In this document: positions 49,624-62,634 of the stretch, one piece after another | Layout: each line of letters starts with the position of its first letter | How positions within the stretch are numbered: the first letter of the stretch is position 1 | Source: Amoebidium appalachense | Lineage: Eukaryota; Protista; Ichthyosporea | Assembly: GCA_963693365.1 (NCBI GenBank) | Contig: CAVNZM010000005.1 | Location: 9,094,334 to 9,158,333 of the forward strand | Direction: 5' to 3' | DNA length: 64,000 nt | Notes under the pieces: model-generated | The model's input: only the letters and a program-made list of their open reading frames with translations | Databases searched by the model: none | What the model was told of the DNA's origin: nothing | Position numbers and translations under genes: made by a program

Positions 49624-50944
49624 GGGGAAGGGGTAGGCCAGGGATTGAAGAATTACGAACTAAGCCGGCTGTAGCTACAACCGCGCAACAATTGACGTAA
49701 ACCTCTCGGCTAATGATCCAAGTAGAGCAAACATAATCTGTAGGAATATGTGAGAACTTGGCGAATCACTTCTTTCACATCAGCCAGAGAGAGGTAAAGG
49801 GGGAGAGGGAATGGGGGGAGAGAGGGGGGGGGGAGGGGGGGTGTTAGGGGGGGGGGGGGGGGGGGGAGAGAGAGAGGGGCTGTGACTTCGACCCTTGGAA
49901 ACATCATCAACTTCCCTATATTTAACCACATCTCCCTCCACACCCAGCCTGCGAGCGCGAGCCGGACCCCTTGTAGTATATATATAATATAACGGTAAAT
50001 ACGTGACCTGGTATGACCGATGAGAGCAAGCTCTTTCGATGATTCGACATTCCCGACGGAATAGACATCTATGATAAGTAATTCGGAACTTCATGCTGTA
50101 GTTTGCTTTGGCCATGGAGTTTGGGAGTCATTTGCATTTCTAACACTGGGTTTTTCACCATCGGCTTGGGATTAATTTTCATTTTCTCACCCTTCTTCAA
50201 TCGAATTCGGGTATTGATGTGATTCTAATCTACTGTTGTAAATTTACAAAAAAAGAAACAAAAAATAATAATCACAAGAAGTCACTAATTATTTTGCGAT
50301 ATTCTTGCCGAATCGATGGGTCGAAATTTAGCAAACATACATACCATTGAATAAACAGAGTTACAAACCTCCAATCCGATATTCGACTCGCATATCATTG
50401 CCGTAAATGACTCAAAGCCCATAAACCATTGTTTTTATATGTGTGCAGCATGTCAGTATCAGAAGCAAAGACTTTCAAACCTTGAACCTCTTAATTATGC
50501 TTTAAAATTTGAGGCTCATTATTTTTTTAATAGGCGCAGTCGTATCGGCCCATGTCTTACTCTCTGTCAAAGTTGAACTCATGAGAAGTTGAGACGCGTC
50601 ACTCAACTTGAGACTGTTGAGAGTCTAGATTGACCAATCACACGTCTTGTTCGTAAGAACCGATCATAGAGATTCGTCGCACTTCCCGCAAGTATAAAGA
50701 CATCGATCTTCCACCAACTCTTTCAGTTTCACAAGTACAGCCAACCCCTCCTCTCAACACAACTCCAACCCTATTCGCTCTTCAGATTCTCGTCGTCTCC
50801 GAGTTTGCCGTACTGCACACTGCCTTGTAGAACACGGGTCGAAGCGATTATCTGTGGTAGCCCGCACATAATACACAAGCAAGGTGGCATAAACCACCCA
50901 TTTAGACACGATCAACTATTCTTCAACCACCCGCCCACGCAACC

Positions 50945-51592
50945 ATGCAGTCCTTCCTTTTTGGCGCCCTTTTGGCCGTCACGGCGCAGCAGACAGAGGC
51001 CACGTGGGGTCCCAACACGTGGTGGGGATGGAACCCGTACGCCACGGCCACGGCCAAGTCCAGCAGCGCGGCTGCGGTGAATAACTGGGGCTGGGGCTGG
51101 AACTGGGGCCCATGGGCCGGGAAGCCAGCAGGCGCCAACCTGTGGGGGTCGTGCCCTCAGGGCCAGTGGCAGTGGCGCACGGGCTGCCGCGCCATTCCCG
51201 AGTGTGCGCCCGGCCATGCCTGGAAGGGCTGGGCGGCCGGCTGCTGCCGAAACGACTGCCCCATCAACCAGACGTGGGACCCACGCACCGGCCGCTGCTG
51301 CGCCGTCCCCACGTGCCCTGCCGGCCAGGGCTGGAAGGGCTGGGCCCGGGGCTGTTGTGCTGATAACCCCGCCCCCGTGTCCCGCCCGGCCACAAGGCCT
51401 GCCCCTGCCAAACCAGCCCCCGCCCCCGTCACTGCGCCACAACCCGCTCAGGTCCCAGTGACCTCGAACGCGTCCCCCATTGCGGTGTCTGCTGGCAATG
51501 ATGATGCTATCGAGGGAAGTGCTGAGGGTGAGGAGAATCTGGTGGTGGATGGAGAGGAGGTGCCCTACGTGGGTGAGGGGGCTGACCAGTAA
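50945..51592 (+). CDS. Secreted Trp/Gly/Cys-rich protein, copy 2 (215 aa)
   Basis: Paralog of 47302-48102 with a shorter linker. Confidence 0.88.
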   Translation: MQSFLFGALLAVTAQQTEATWGPNTWWGWNPYATATAKSSSAAAVNNWGWGWNWGPWAGKPAGANLWGSCPQGQWQWRTGCRAIPECAPGHAWKGWAAGCCRNDCPINQTWDPRTGRCCAVPTCPAGQGWKGWARGCCADNPAPVSRPATRPAPAKPAPAPVTAPQPAQVPVTSNASPIAVSAGNDDAIEGSAEGEENLVVDGEEVPYVGEGADQ

Positions 51593-51940
51593 TGCACGAA
51601 TGTAAAATTATATTAACATAGCTAATCGTATGAAATATGTACGTACTTATTTCAATGAAACTGATCCCGAGAGAATAAAAGACTGCTTGTGGCAGTCTAA
51701 TTCTGCCACGTGTAGTGGACAACTTGAACTCAACTGAAAGTTCTTGTATTAATACATACTGTTGTCAAAATAAATACTGTTGTCAACACGAGCTCTACCC
51801 CGAGTCAGCCTCAAATTAGTTCCCTCGAGCTCCTTTCAAGCAGCACGCATGCGACCTCCCCAACAAGCACACGCTCTGTTCCTCAACCGTCTCCCCCTAC
51901 CCGTATCTTTTCACTCTTTCTCTATCCCTATATCATATAA

Positions 51941-52006
<66 letters not shown>

Positions 52007-52033
52007 CCCCCCCCCCCCCCCCCCCCCCCCGGA

Positions 52034-52106
<73 letters not shown>

Positions 52107-52272
52107 CTCTCACCCACCCCCCCCCACCCTCTCTCTCTTTTCTCCCTCTTCCCCTCCCCCCCCCCACCCTCTCTCTCTCTCTCTCTCCCCCCCCCCCCCC
52201 CCCCCTCACTATCCCCACCTCTCAGATGTTTCGATTTCCTGTCTCTCGCGCTTCCCCTCTTTCTCTCTTTTT

Positions 52273-52470
52273 CAGGGCCCAACCACATCGGCTGAGTCAA
52301 GTGGATTCGAGCAGATTAATTCTCAGTAAAAGCAGAATAATTCTGCATTCTGCTTTTTTCCGGAATAATTCTGCATTCTGCTTTTTTGCAGAATAATTCC
52401 GCTTTTTGCAGAAAAATCCCGCAAAGTCTGCTTTTTGCAAGTTGACTCTGACAGGTGTGGTTGGGCCCTT
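52273..52470. mobile_element. ~200 bp MITE with hAT-like CAGGG end and internal repeats
   Basis: Left (C)AGGGCCCAACCACATCGGCTGAGTCAA versus right TTGACTCTGACAGGTGTGGTTGGGCCCT; interior repeats of GCAGAATAATTCTGCATTCTGCTTTTT; no clear TSD. Confidence 0.75.
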
Positions 52471-52567
52471 TTCTCCCTCTCCCCACCTCTCTTTCGTTCT
52501 TTCTTCTTCCCTTCCACTTCACAGGATCTCCCCTCCCTCTCCATTCCCCCCCCCCCCCCCCCCCCCC

Positions 52568-52604
<37 letters not shown>

Positions 52605-52877
52605 TTCACCACCACCCCCTCCCCCTCCCTCCCTCCCCTTTCTCCCACTCTCTCTCCCTCCCTCCCTCCCTCCCTCCCTCCGTCACTCCCTCCCTCCCTC
52701 TCTCCCTTCCTCTCTCCCTCCCTTTCTCCCTCCCTCCCTCCCTCCCTCCCTCACTCCCTCCCTCCCTCCCCCCTCCCTCCCCCCACTCCCTCCCTCTCTC
52801 TCCCTCCCTCCCTCCCTCCCTCCCTCCCTCTCTCTCTCTCTCCCTCCTTCCCTCCCTCCCTCCCTCCCTCCCTCTCT

Positions 52878-53004
<127 letters not shown>

Positions 53005-53961
53005 ATAGGCTCTCAACTCCATCTCCCTCTCCCTCTCACACACTCTCTCTCGCTCTTTCTGGGGAGGTGGTGGGGGGGGGGGGGGGGGGGGGGGTAGACG
53101 GGGGGGTGTTGTTTTGTGTGGGTAAACGGCGAAGCAGAGAGCACAGATGGGTGTTATGATATACACAACACATAGACACACGGGAGAAACACAACCGGAG
53201 AGGTGGAACGATTTCTGGGACCATAGGAAATGATTTCAACTGCTTGATATTTATTTCAAGATGAAGTTGCGTTTATACTCAGGAATGTGAAATCGATAAG
53301 CCAATCAAAAGAACGAAAACTCTTTTATCCAATCAAAAAGACGAAAACTATGAGGGTAAAATAAATCGATCGAAATGCCTGTCGACACATAGAAGATAAA
53401 ACGCAATCTTCTAATGAAAGCAATCTTCTAATGAAAGTACGGAAACATTAACAAAATGAAACCACATATGTATCTATTAGTTCACATCACATATTTATAC
53501 ATGTTCTTAACATAACACGTCTAAATATAAGTAATCCTAATAGCTGGGGAGTTTAGAGCAATTCTACGTCGTGGGAAAAGAAGGAAAAGGAATGAGGATA
53601 GAAAGGAATGGAATGGGAAAGGAATTGAGTAGAATTAATGAGGAATGTAGGTTACTATATTTGGGAAACTATAACGAGATCTGATTGGACAACGTATTTA
53701 GACATGAACGCAAACAACAATACCTGTGCGCGGGCTAAATGGCTCGATGTGTACACAGATCTAAGATATCTGTGCACACGGAAACGGAAAGGAAAGAAAG
53801 AAAGGAAGAAAGGAAAGGAAACGAACTACAACAAACTAATAAACATGTGTAAAACTCAACTTCTGAGTCTTGCCGTTAACCATGGGTAGATGACAGGGGG
53901 AGGGCTCTATTAATCATATTTTTCCCCTCTTTTTTTTGTCCTGTTTGGAAAGGGGGAAAGT

Positions 53962-54020
<59 letters not shown>

Positions 54021-54179
54021 ATATATTTAGTCATTAATTCTAAGTCGCGCGCTAATAATATATTGCGTCATTCTTTCAACATAACAGCTGCAGCGAGTAG
54101 CATATCGTGTTTGCAGAAGAACACAGGGACACTCGTACGGGGAGCCCCTACGTTTCATAAGTAATTTAACGTAATAATC

Positions 54180-55379
54180 ATCCTCAAACTAATGCCATAA
54201 ATGAACGGTCCCACAGACCTATTAATGATGCCATTAGTAAGTATATGAATTTGGATCGTATTCGGGCAACATCCTACCCTTTTTCCGGACGTCTCTCTTT
54301 TGCCTCCTGGGGAACCCATGAAGCAACCAGAGTGGACTGCTCTAAGGGAAAAGGCGATAAGGCAAATTCACAGATTGTGCGGCATATGCAACTGAATAAG
54401 CCGCCAAGAATAATTCGCAAAAATCAGATCAAGTTGCGAAAATTCGCAATTATTTCAGAGAAGACCCAGTGATGATCAGAAATACTTCTGAGCATCTCGG
54501 TAAATTTTCCCCTCGTTGGCACCACGGATTCGAGGTGGTCAAGCAAGTGGGAGAATTAACTTATCGGGTCAGAAATAAGCAAGATTTAAATGATATTCGT
54601 ATTCTCAATGTTAACGATATTAATCTAGAAGTGCCTCTCTCTGTACGTGGTGTTATGCCCAACAATGATAACCTCCCTCTGACTGGTCAGTCACTTGGCT
54701 GGAATATCGTTGCAGATGATGAAGTAGAAATAGAGGCCATTCTAGATATGAAGATAGAACACCCAGTTTCCTTACGAAACCGGTGTGCTCTACCCACACA
54801 GAAATATCGGGTCCGCCTTAAAGCTGACCGTGGTAATCCTGTGTCGATGGATAAAACACAGTTGAGGTCATGTGCAAAATTAATTGCTGAATTTGAGTCT
54901 AAATTTGATCGGACACAAGCCCCTCTTCCCCACGTGCAGGAAGAGCAGGACTTGCCCGTATAAAATTTAGCACATGGCTATGATTGGTTCGTTAGGAACC
55001 ATTCTCCACAACACAGATCGTGAGCTGATGCTTATGACTATATGTCGTTTTCTCACACACACATCTCAACCTATCACTCACTCCTTCGAGGACGAAGGAT
55101 CTTAAGGGGGGGGTACTGAGGTGTGATTGCGCCATATGGGGTAAAATACCATCAAATAGTAGCCAATAGGATACGAGCCTGGTGCTCCATATATAGATGA
55201 GGAATTCAATGAGTGCGCCTACGTGTCCTGGAGACACCTTCCCGTACATCAGCCTGCGCTCTGTGCTGTGCAGAGAGCCGATAGTAAAGGGTTAGGGAAA
55301 CGAGTGAGTTCCCGTTAACCCCCAGTGTTGGTGTCGTGTTGCCTTTTCCCCTACAACTCCGTTCGAAGAACCCACTTCA
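54180..55379 (+). mobile_element. 5'-truncated Ty3/Gypsy (chromovirus-like) LTR retrotransposon: integrase tail, PPT and 3' LTR
   Basis: ORF remnant, then [28 protein letters not shown] (55104-55113), then a TG...CA segment at 55117-55379 with TGAGGTG/CACTTCA ends; left boundary approximate. Confidence 0.75.
54469..54963 (+). pseudogene. Integrase C-terminal (GPF/Y-like) plus degenerate chromodomain remnant
   Basis: KFSPRWHHGFEVVKQVGELTYRV..LNVNDI..EVEIEAILDMK..KYRVRLK. Confidence 0.75.
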
Positions 55380-55404
55380 ACACACGTATACACACAAGAG
55401 ACAC

Positions 55405-55444
<40 letters not shown>

Positions 55445-55836
55445 AAAGGGGGTTTTAGAATGAAAGTCAAAGCCATTTGATATAAAAGTGTTGTTACTGC
55501 AATACCGCTAGCATGCCTAGCATGCTGCGCTCAAATAAATTGTTGATAACTGTTGATTAAGTTGCTATGCCCAAATAAATCCTTGAATGAGGGGGGGGGG
55601 GGGGGGGAGGGGGGGAGGGGAAGGGGGAAATTTAAAGGGGGAGGGGGGGGGGGGGGGGGGAAAAAGGGGGGGGGGGGGGGGGGGGGGGGGGAGGGACAAA
55701 GGGAGAGGGGGCGGGGGTGGGGTGCATCTTTGCCCCATCTCGAGCTCGATAGGAAGCGCAAGAGGGGGAGGGGGGGGGGGGGGGGGGGGGAAGAGGGGAG
55801 AGGAAGAAAAGAGAGGGGGGGGGGGTCTCGAGGGGG

Positions 55837-55867
<31 letters not shown>

Positions 55868-56941
55868 CTGTGACTTCGACACTTGGAAACATAAGCTCCC
55901 TTATCTTTAACCACATCTCCCTCCACACGCAGCCTGCGAGCGCGCGCAGCGCGCGAGCCGGACCCCTTGTAGTATATATATAACATAACGGTAAACACGT
56001 GACCTGGTACGACCGATGAAGGCAAGCTCTTTCGATGATTCGACATTCCCGACGGAATAGACATCTATGATAAGTAATTCGGAACTTCATGCTGTTTGCT
56101 TTGGCCATGGAGTTTGGGAGTCATTTGCATTTCTAACACTGGGTTTTTCACCATCGGCTTGGGATTAATTTTCATTTTCTCACCCTTCTTCAATCGAATG
56201 CGGGTATTGATGTGATTCTAATCTACTGTTGTAAATTTACAAAAAAAGAAACAAAAAATAATAATCACAAGAAGTCACTAATTATTTTGCGATATTCTTG
56301 CCGAATCGATGGGTCGAAATTTAGCAAACATACATACCATTGAATAAACAGAGTTACAAACCTCCAATCCGATATTCGACTCGCATATCATTGCCGTAAA
56401 TGACTCAAAGCCCATAAACCATTGTTTTTATATGTGTGCAGCATGTCAGTATCAGAAGCAAAGACTTTCAAACCTTGAACCTCTTAATTATGCTTTAAAA
56501 TTTGAGGCTCATTATTTTTTTAATAGGCGCAGTCGTATCGGCCCATGTCTTACTCTCTGTCAAAGTTGAACTCATGAGAAGTTGAGACGCGTCACTCAAC
56601 TTGAGACTGTTGAGAGTCTAGATTGACCAATCACACGTCTTGTTCGTAACACAGAACCGATCATAGAGATTCGTCGCACTTCCCGCAAGTATAAAGACAT
56701 CGATCTTCCACCAACTCTTTCAGTTTCACAAGTACAGCCAACCCCTCCTCTCAACACAACTCCAACCCTATTCGCTCTTCAGATTCTCGTCGTCTCCGAG
56801 TTTGCCGTAATGCACACTGCCTTGTAGAACACGGGTCGAAGCGATTATCTGTGGTAGCCCGCACATAATACACAAGCAAGGTGGCATAAACCACCCATTT
56901 AGACACGATCAACTGTTCTTCAACCACCCGCCCACGCAACC

Positions 56942-57589
56942 ATGCAGTCCTTCCTTTTTGGCGCCCTTTTGGCCGTCACGGCGCAGCAGACAGAGGCCAC
57001 GTGGGGTCCCGACACGTGGTGGGGATGGAACCCGTACGCCACGGCCACGGCCAAGTCCAGCAGCGCGGCTGCGGTGAATAACTGGGGCTGGGGCTGGAAC
57101 TGGGGCCCATGGGCCGGGAAGCCAGCAGGCGCCAACCTGTGGGGGTCGTGCCCTCAGGGCCAGTGGCAGTGGCGCACGGGCTGCCGCGCCATTCCCGAGT
57201 GTGCGCCCGGCCATGCCTGGAAGGGCTGGGCGGCCGGCTGCTGCCGAAACGACTGCCCCATCAACCAGACGTGGGACCCACGCACCGGCCGCTGCTGCGC
57301 CGTCCCCACGTGCCCTGCCGGCCAGGGCTGGAAGGGCTGGGCCCGGGGCTGTTGTGCTGATAACCCCGCCCCCGTGTCCCGCCCGGCCACAAGGCCTGCC
57401 CCTGCCAAACCAGCCCCCGCCCCCGTCACTGCGCCACAACCCGCTCAGGTCCCAGTGACCTCGAACGCGTCCCCCATTGCGGTGTCTGCTGGCAATGATG
57501 ATGCTATCGAGGGAAGTGCTGAGGGTGAGGAGAATCTGGTGGTGGATGGAGAGGAGGTGCCCTACGTGGGTGAGGAGGCTGACCAGTAA
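56942..57589 (+). CDS. Secreted Trp/Gly/Cys-rich protein, copy 3 (215 aa)
   Basis: Differs from copy 2 at two residues (N>D near the N-terminus, G>E near the C-terminus). Confidence 0.88.
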   Translation: MQSFLFGALLAVTAQQTEATWGPDTWWGWNPYATATAKSSSAAAVNNWGWGWNWGPWAGKPAGANLWGSCPQGQWQWRTGCRAIPECAPGHAWKGWAAGCCRNDCPINQTWDPRTGRCCAVPTCPAGQGWKGWARGCCADNPAPVSRPATRPAPAKPAPAPVTAPQPAQVPVTSNASPIAVSAGNDDAIEGSAEGEENLVVDGEEVPYVGEEADQ

Positions 57590-57937
57590 TGCACGAATGT
57601 AAAATTATATTAACATAGCTAATCGTATGAAATATGTACGTACTTATTTCAATGAAACTGATCCCGAGAGAATAAAAGACTGCTTGTGGCAGTCTAATTC
57701 TGCCACGTGTAGTGGACAACTTGAACTCAACTGAAAGTTCTTGTATTAATACATACTGTTGTCAAAATAAATACTGTTGTCAACACGAGCTCTACCCCGA
57801 GTCAGCCTCAACTTAGTTCCCTCGAGCTCCTTTCAAGCAGCACGCATGCGACCTCCCCAACAAGCACACGCTCTGTTCCTCAACCGTCTCCCCCTACCCG
57901 TATCTTTTCACTCTTTCTCTATCCCTATATCATATAA

Positions 57938-57997
<60 letters not shown>

Positions 57998-58023
57998 CCC
58001 CCCCCCCCCCCCCCCCCCCCGGA

Positions 58024-58115
<92 letters not shown>

Positions 58116-58283
58116 TCTCTCACCCCCCCCCCCCACCGTCTCTCTCTTTTCTCCCTCCTCCCCCCCCCCCCCACCCTCTCTCTCTCTCTCTCTCCCCCCC
58201 CCCCCCCCCCCCCCCCTCACTATCCCCACCTCTCAGATGTTTCGATTTCCTGTCTCTCGCGCTTCCCCTCTTTCTCTCTTTTT

Positions 58284-58481
58284 CAGGGCCCAACCACATC
58301 GGCTGAGTCAAGTGGATTCGAGCAGATTAATTCTCAGTAAAAGCAGAATAATTCTGCATTCTGCTTTTTTCCGGAATAATTCTGCATTCTGCTTTTTTGC
58401 AGAATAATTCCGCTTTTTGCAGAAAAATCCCGCAAAGTCTGCTTTTTGCAAGTTGACTCTGACAGGTGTGGTTGGGCCCTT
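58284..58481. mobile_element. Second copy of the ~200 bp MITE (carried by the duplication)
   Basis: Same sequence as 52273-52470. Confidence 0.75.
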
Positions 58482-58893
58482 TTCTCCCTCTCCCCACCTC
58501 TCTTTCGTTCTTTCTTCTTCCCTTCCACTTCACAGGATCTCCCCTCCCTCTCCATTCCCCCCCCCCCCCCCCCCCTCCCCCCCCCCCCCCCCCCCTCCCC
58601 CCCCCCCCCCCCCCCCCTTCACCACCACCCCCTCCCCCTCCTCCCTCCCCTTTCTCCCACTCTCTCTCCCTCCCTCCCTCCCTCCCTCCCTCCGTCACTC
58701 CCTCCCTCCCTCTCTCCCTTCCTCTCTCCCTCCCTTTCTCCCTCCCTCCCTCCCTCCCTCCCTCACTCCCTCCCTCCCTCCCCCCTCCCTCCCCCCACTC
58801 CCTCCCTCTCTCTCCCTCCCTCCCTCCCTCCCTCCCTCCCTCTCTCTCTCTCTCCCTCCTTCCCTCCCTCCCTCCCTCCCTCCCTCCCTCCCT

Positions 58894-59010
<117 letters not shown>

Positions 59011-59796
59011 ATAGGCTCTCAACTCCATCTCCCTCTCCCTCTCACACACTCTCTCTCGCTCTTTCTGGGGAGGTGGTGGGGGGGGGGGGGGGGGGGGGGG
59101 GGTAGACGGGGGGGTGTTGTTTTGTGTGGGTAAACGGCGAAGCAGAGAGCACAGATGGGTGTTATGATATACACAACACATAGACACACGGGAGAAACAC
59201 AACCGGAGAGGTGGAACGATTTCTGGGACCATAGGAAATGATTTCAACTGCTTGATATTTATTTCAAGATGAAGTTGCGTTTATACTCAGGAATGTGAAA
59301 TCGATAAGCCAATCAAAAGAACGAAAACTCTTTTATCCAATCAGAAAGACGAAAACTATTAAGGTAAAATAAATCGATCGAAATGCCTGTCGACACATAG
59401 AAGATAAAACGCAATCTTCTAATGAAAGCAATCTTCTAATGAAAGTACGGAAACATTAACAAAATGAAACCACTTATGTATCTATTAGTTCACATCATAT
59501 ATTTATACATGTTCTTAACATAACACGTCTAAATATAAGTAATCCTAACAGCTGGGGAGTTTAGAGCAATTCTACGTCGTGGGAAAAGAAGGAAAAGGAA
59601 TGAGGATGAGGGATACGGGATCGGCGATTTTGAGTGGTCCCCGATTTCTTTCTGGCGCCGCCTTTTTTTCCCCTGATTACGTAACGCGTTGCTACGCACC
59701 CACGCCGTACAACGAGTTTTGTGTTCGCAGAGGGCGCACAACCCGAAAGAATTTTTTTCATGAAAAGAAACTACTTTGAATACATGCACTTTTACC

Positions 59797-61169
59797 ATGG
59801 GTGTGCAGGGCTTGCTCCCAGCACTCGGCATTAGTGCCGAAAAAGCCACAGATGTTACTGCAGAGTTGCAACGTGGGGTAGTTGCTTTTGACGGGATGGT
59901 GCAGGTCCAGAAGTCCTTTTCAGTTTTCGCTGACACAGTAGCCAAACAGCAAATAGATGACAAAAAAGTCACAGACGACACATATGCAGCTATTGCAAAT
60001 CACTTTATGTCCAAAGTTAATACGTATAGGCTAGCAGGGGTCCAGCCACACTATGTGTTTGATGGGCGCAGATTGAAAGAGGGAAAACTAGTTGATAACG
60101 ACCGTGCAGAAAAGGTGGTCAAAGCCCGCCAAGAAATAGCCACAAAAAGAGAGAAACTGGAGGAGGTAACTAAAAACAAATTGAGAAGCGCTGCAGAGTT
60201 AGATAACAGTGTTTTACAAGCAATCCTCTTAGACCGAAAGATGAGAATGTCGATTACACAGTAGCTCCATACGAAGCAGACCCCCAGCTTGCCTATATGG
60301 CACGTACCGGTTTGGCACACACTGTTGTCACTGAGGATGCCGACCTTCTTCTGTATAACATCCCGCGGGTTGTATACAAACTGCGCATTGCGGATGCGGC
60401 GGTCATCCCTGGGACCGCTAATGCGGTGCGCATTCCCAAACTGTACGGAGTGATTGTAACCCCCGCCGATGTTTTTACCAGAAGCACAAAGTACAACTTC
60501 GACGGATGGGATATAGAAATACTGCGTTATTTTGCTATTGTGAACGGCTGTGATTATGTGAAAAAGCTCAGGGGAATCGGCATGGGCACTTTGCACGCAG
60601 CTGTAAGTGAGGCGTGCCGGGCCTGGGGACGCGAGGGAAGGCCGGTAGCTGCGGGGGTTGTGTTCACAGATCTGCTCCAGCATATCCAACGGGTCAGAAA
60701 GGGGAAAAGAGGGAAGGAAAAGCCCGTTAAAAGCACAGAAAACAAGCAGGGTGGGGACGAACGGGCAGGAAGAGTCGAAATCGGACGGAAAGGAGGTGAA
60801 GCAGTGGAGGAAGAGGTTGAGTGGTGGGATCTTGAATACGAACATGGAACGTATGAAAACGGGGCTGAGGTGATGAGGTTATAGAGATGCAATGATGAGG
60901 GTGAAGAGGTTATAGAGATGCAATATGCAGATGGTACGAAAAAGAGGCGGATAGTAGGACCAAGTGTAGAAGAATTGGCCCAATCATACAAGCCTGACCT
61001 TGTAGGGCTCCGTGCATTTGTACAGCAAATAGACCCTACTGGACACAAGTATAGTTTTACCTGGAATGAAAAGTTTATGGTGCAAATGTATCCATCATAC
61101 AGGGCAGAAAACCACAAAAAGTGGAAGAAGAAGAAGAAGAACACGAACACTGAAAATGCAACTGAATGA
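59797..61169 (+). pseudogene. EXO1/XPG/FEN1-family 5' nuclease, intronless, disrupted
   Basis: MGVQGLLP, AFDG, YVFDG, (frameshift ~60230) DENVDYTVAPYEADPQLAYM, VTEDADLL, NGCDYVKKLRGIG; in-frame TAG at 60882-60884 beside a 19-bp duplication, after which the frame continues to 61169. Confidence 0.88.
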
Positions 61170-61188
61170 TTCTGCCAAAAGTTTCCTT

Positions 61189-61219
<31 letters not shown>

Positions 61220-61252
61220 GTTTACGTTATCTTTCATAATGTGTGTGTGTGT

Positions 61253-61290
<38 letters not shown>

Positions 61291-61600
61291 GTAATCTTCT
61301 GACCGATCTAGTGAACCTATAATGAATGAATGAAGACCGTGTGTCAAATCTGAGAGCAATGTACCAGACCCTGGTGCCTGCATATGTTTCCTACCCCCCC
61401 CTACCCCCCCACCCCCTCCCCCCGGTCCCTCCTCCCCCCTTGGTGTTTGCATACGTGCCTACCTGCCCCCCCCCCCCCCCTCCCCCCCCCCCCCCACACA
61501 CGTGTGTGGGGGGGGGGGGGAGGGCGTGCATGCGTGCGTGTGTGCAAATGCGTGCGTGCGTGCGTGCTTCCGTGTGTGCGTGGTTGTGTGTGTGTGTGAA

Positions 61601-61631
<31 letters not shown>

Positions 61632-61797
61632 GGGGACGACTCAAGGTTGTACTTGGCACACAAATACATAAGTGGAGCCCTACTGGCCGAATACATACAT
61701 GCAAGCATTCATTCAAAAAAAAAGACAAAAAAAAAAAAAAAAAAAAAAAAAAAGCAGAGAAGGGGGCTTTAGGGAGAGGCAATCGAAAACGAAAATT

Positions 61798-62634
61798 CTA
61801 CACCATGCTTTTGGTGTGCCCGGACCCCACCATATCCTTATATAGTGGCTCTTGCATGTTACACAAGAAAGCCACAGCCTTAGCTACCATCCAATGGGTG
61901 CCTACCATCGACATCTGCACCTGATTGCTAAACAGCCGATAATTTTTCATGCGCCCAAAAGCCCTCTCACTGCTCGTCTCCCCCCGCTCCCTCGCTCGTT
62001 TCCGTGTTTGCTCAATATCTGAGGCATCCATTCCTACAGCTTGCATATGACTATTGGCCCTTTCCTCCCTCAATAGCTGTACCTTCTCTCTGTACATCGG
62101 GTCTAGTTCCATTCGGATGGGACATGCATCCTTTGTTAATTTCAGTTTTCCATTCTTAACAGTAATATCATCATCGGTGAAATGTGCCTCGCATACAACC
62201 AGTTGCTTAAGGATAGCCAGTGGCCAGGGGACTTCCACCTTCGGTTGCCCCCGTTTCCTCTTTGGTTGTGGTTCTTGTGCCGACTGCTCAGCTGGCACAG
62301 CCGAGTCATTGGCATTTTCGGATTGTGTGTCAGCTGTGTGTGTCTCAGTAGTGGTTGTGTCTGTATTTACGTTTGTCCCATCCGAGGCCTTTGGCCTTGT
62401 GTCTGTGTGTGTGTCTGGGTCGGGGGGTGCTTGCTTTGTGTGTTCTGCTATTTGTTTCCGCTCATACTTTGTTTGCTCCTGCCTGCCTATAGCATTTAAC
62501 CAAGCATGCCTCCTAGCCAATACATTTGGTTTGCATCCATATGGAACAGTAAAAAGCTTTATCTTCCTGGTAGGATCTTTGGGAGAGACTGTTTCTTCGT
62601 CATTTTTGCAGTAGTTAGCCGCGCAAGTTGGCAT
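61798..62634 (-). pseudogene. THAP domain fused to the C-terminal end of a DDE_Tnp_4-type transposase (internally deleted)
   Basis: MPTCAANYC..LFTVP..AWLNAIGR..VVCEAHFTDDD..LTKDACP (THAP); EQTRKRAR..ERAFGRMKNYRLF..AVAFLCNMQEPL resembles the ISL2EU/Harbinger C-terminus; HTH and the two catalytic Asp regions are not present. Confidence 0.8.

Noticed and set aside
52325-52440. CRISPR-like repeat array
   Set aside because: No unique spacers or cas genes, eukaryotic context, and it lies inside MITE TIRs
53638-53889. 83-aa ORF repeated at ~62867-63118
   Set aside because: Conservation is explained by the recent duplication; no motif or codon bias
59797-61169. Host EXO1 gene or giant-virus insertion
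   Set aside because: It is confined within TIRs, absent from the sister duplicate, and has no other viral genes nearby
61288-61378. Downstream exon of the THAP-transposase ORF
   Set aside because: A splice is possible but adds no recognisable sequence; the ORF already ends where related transposases end
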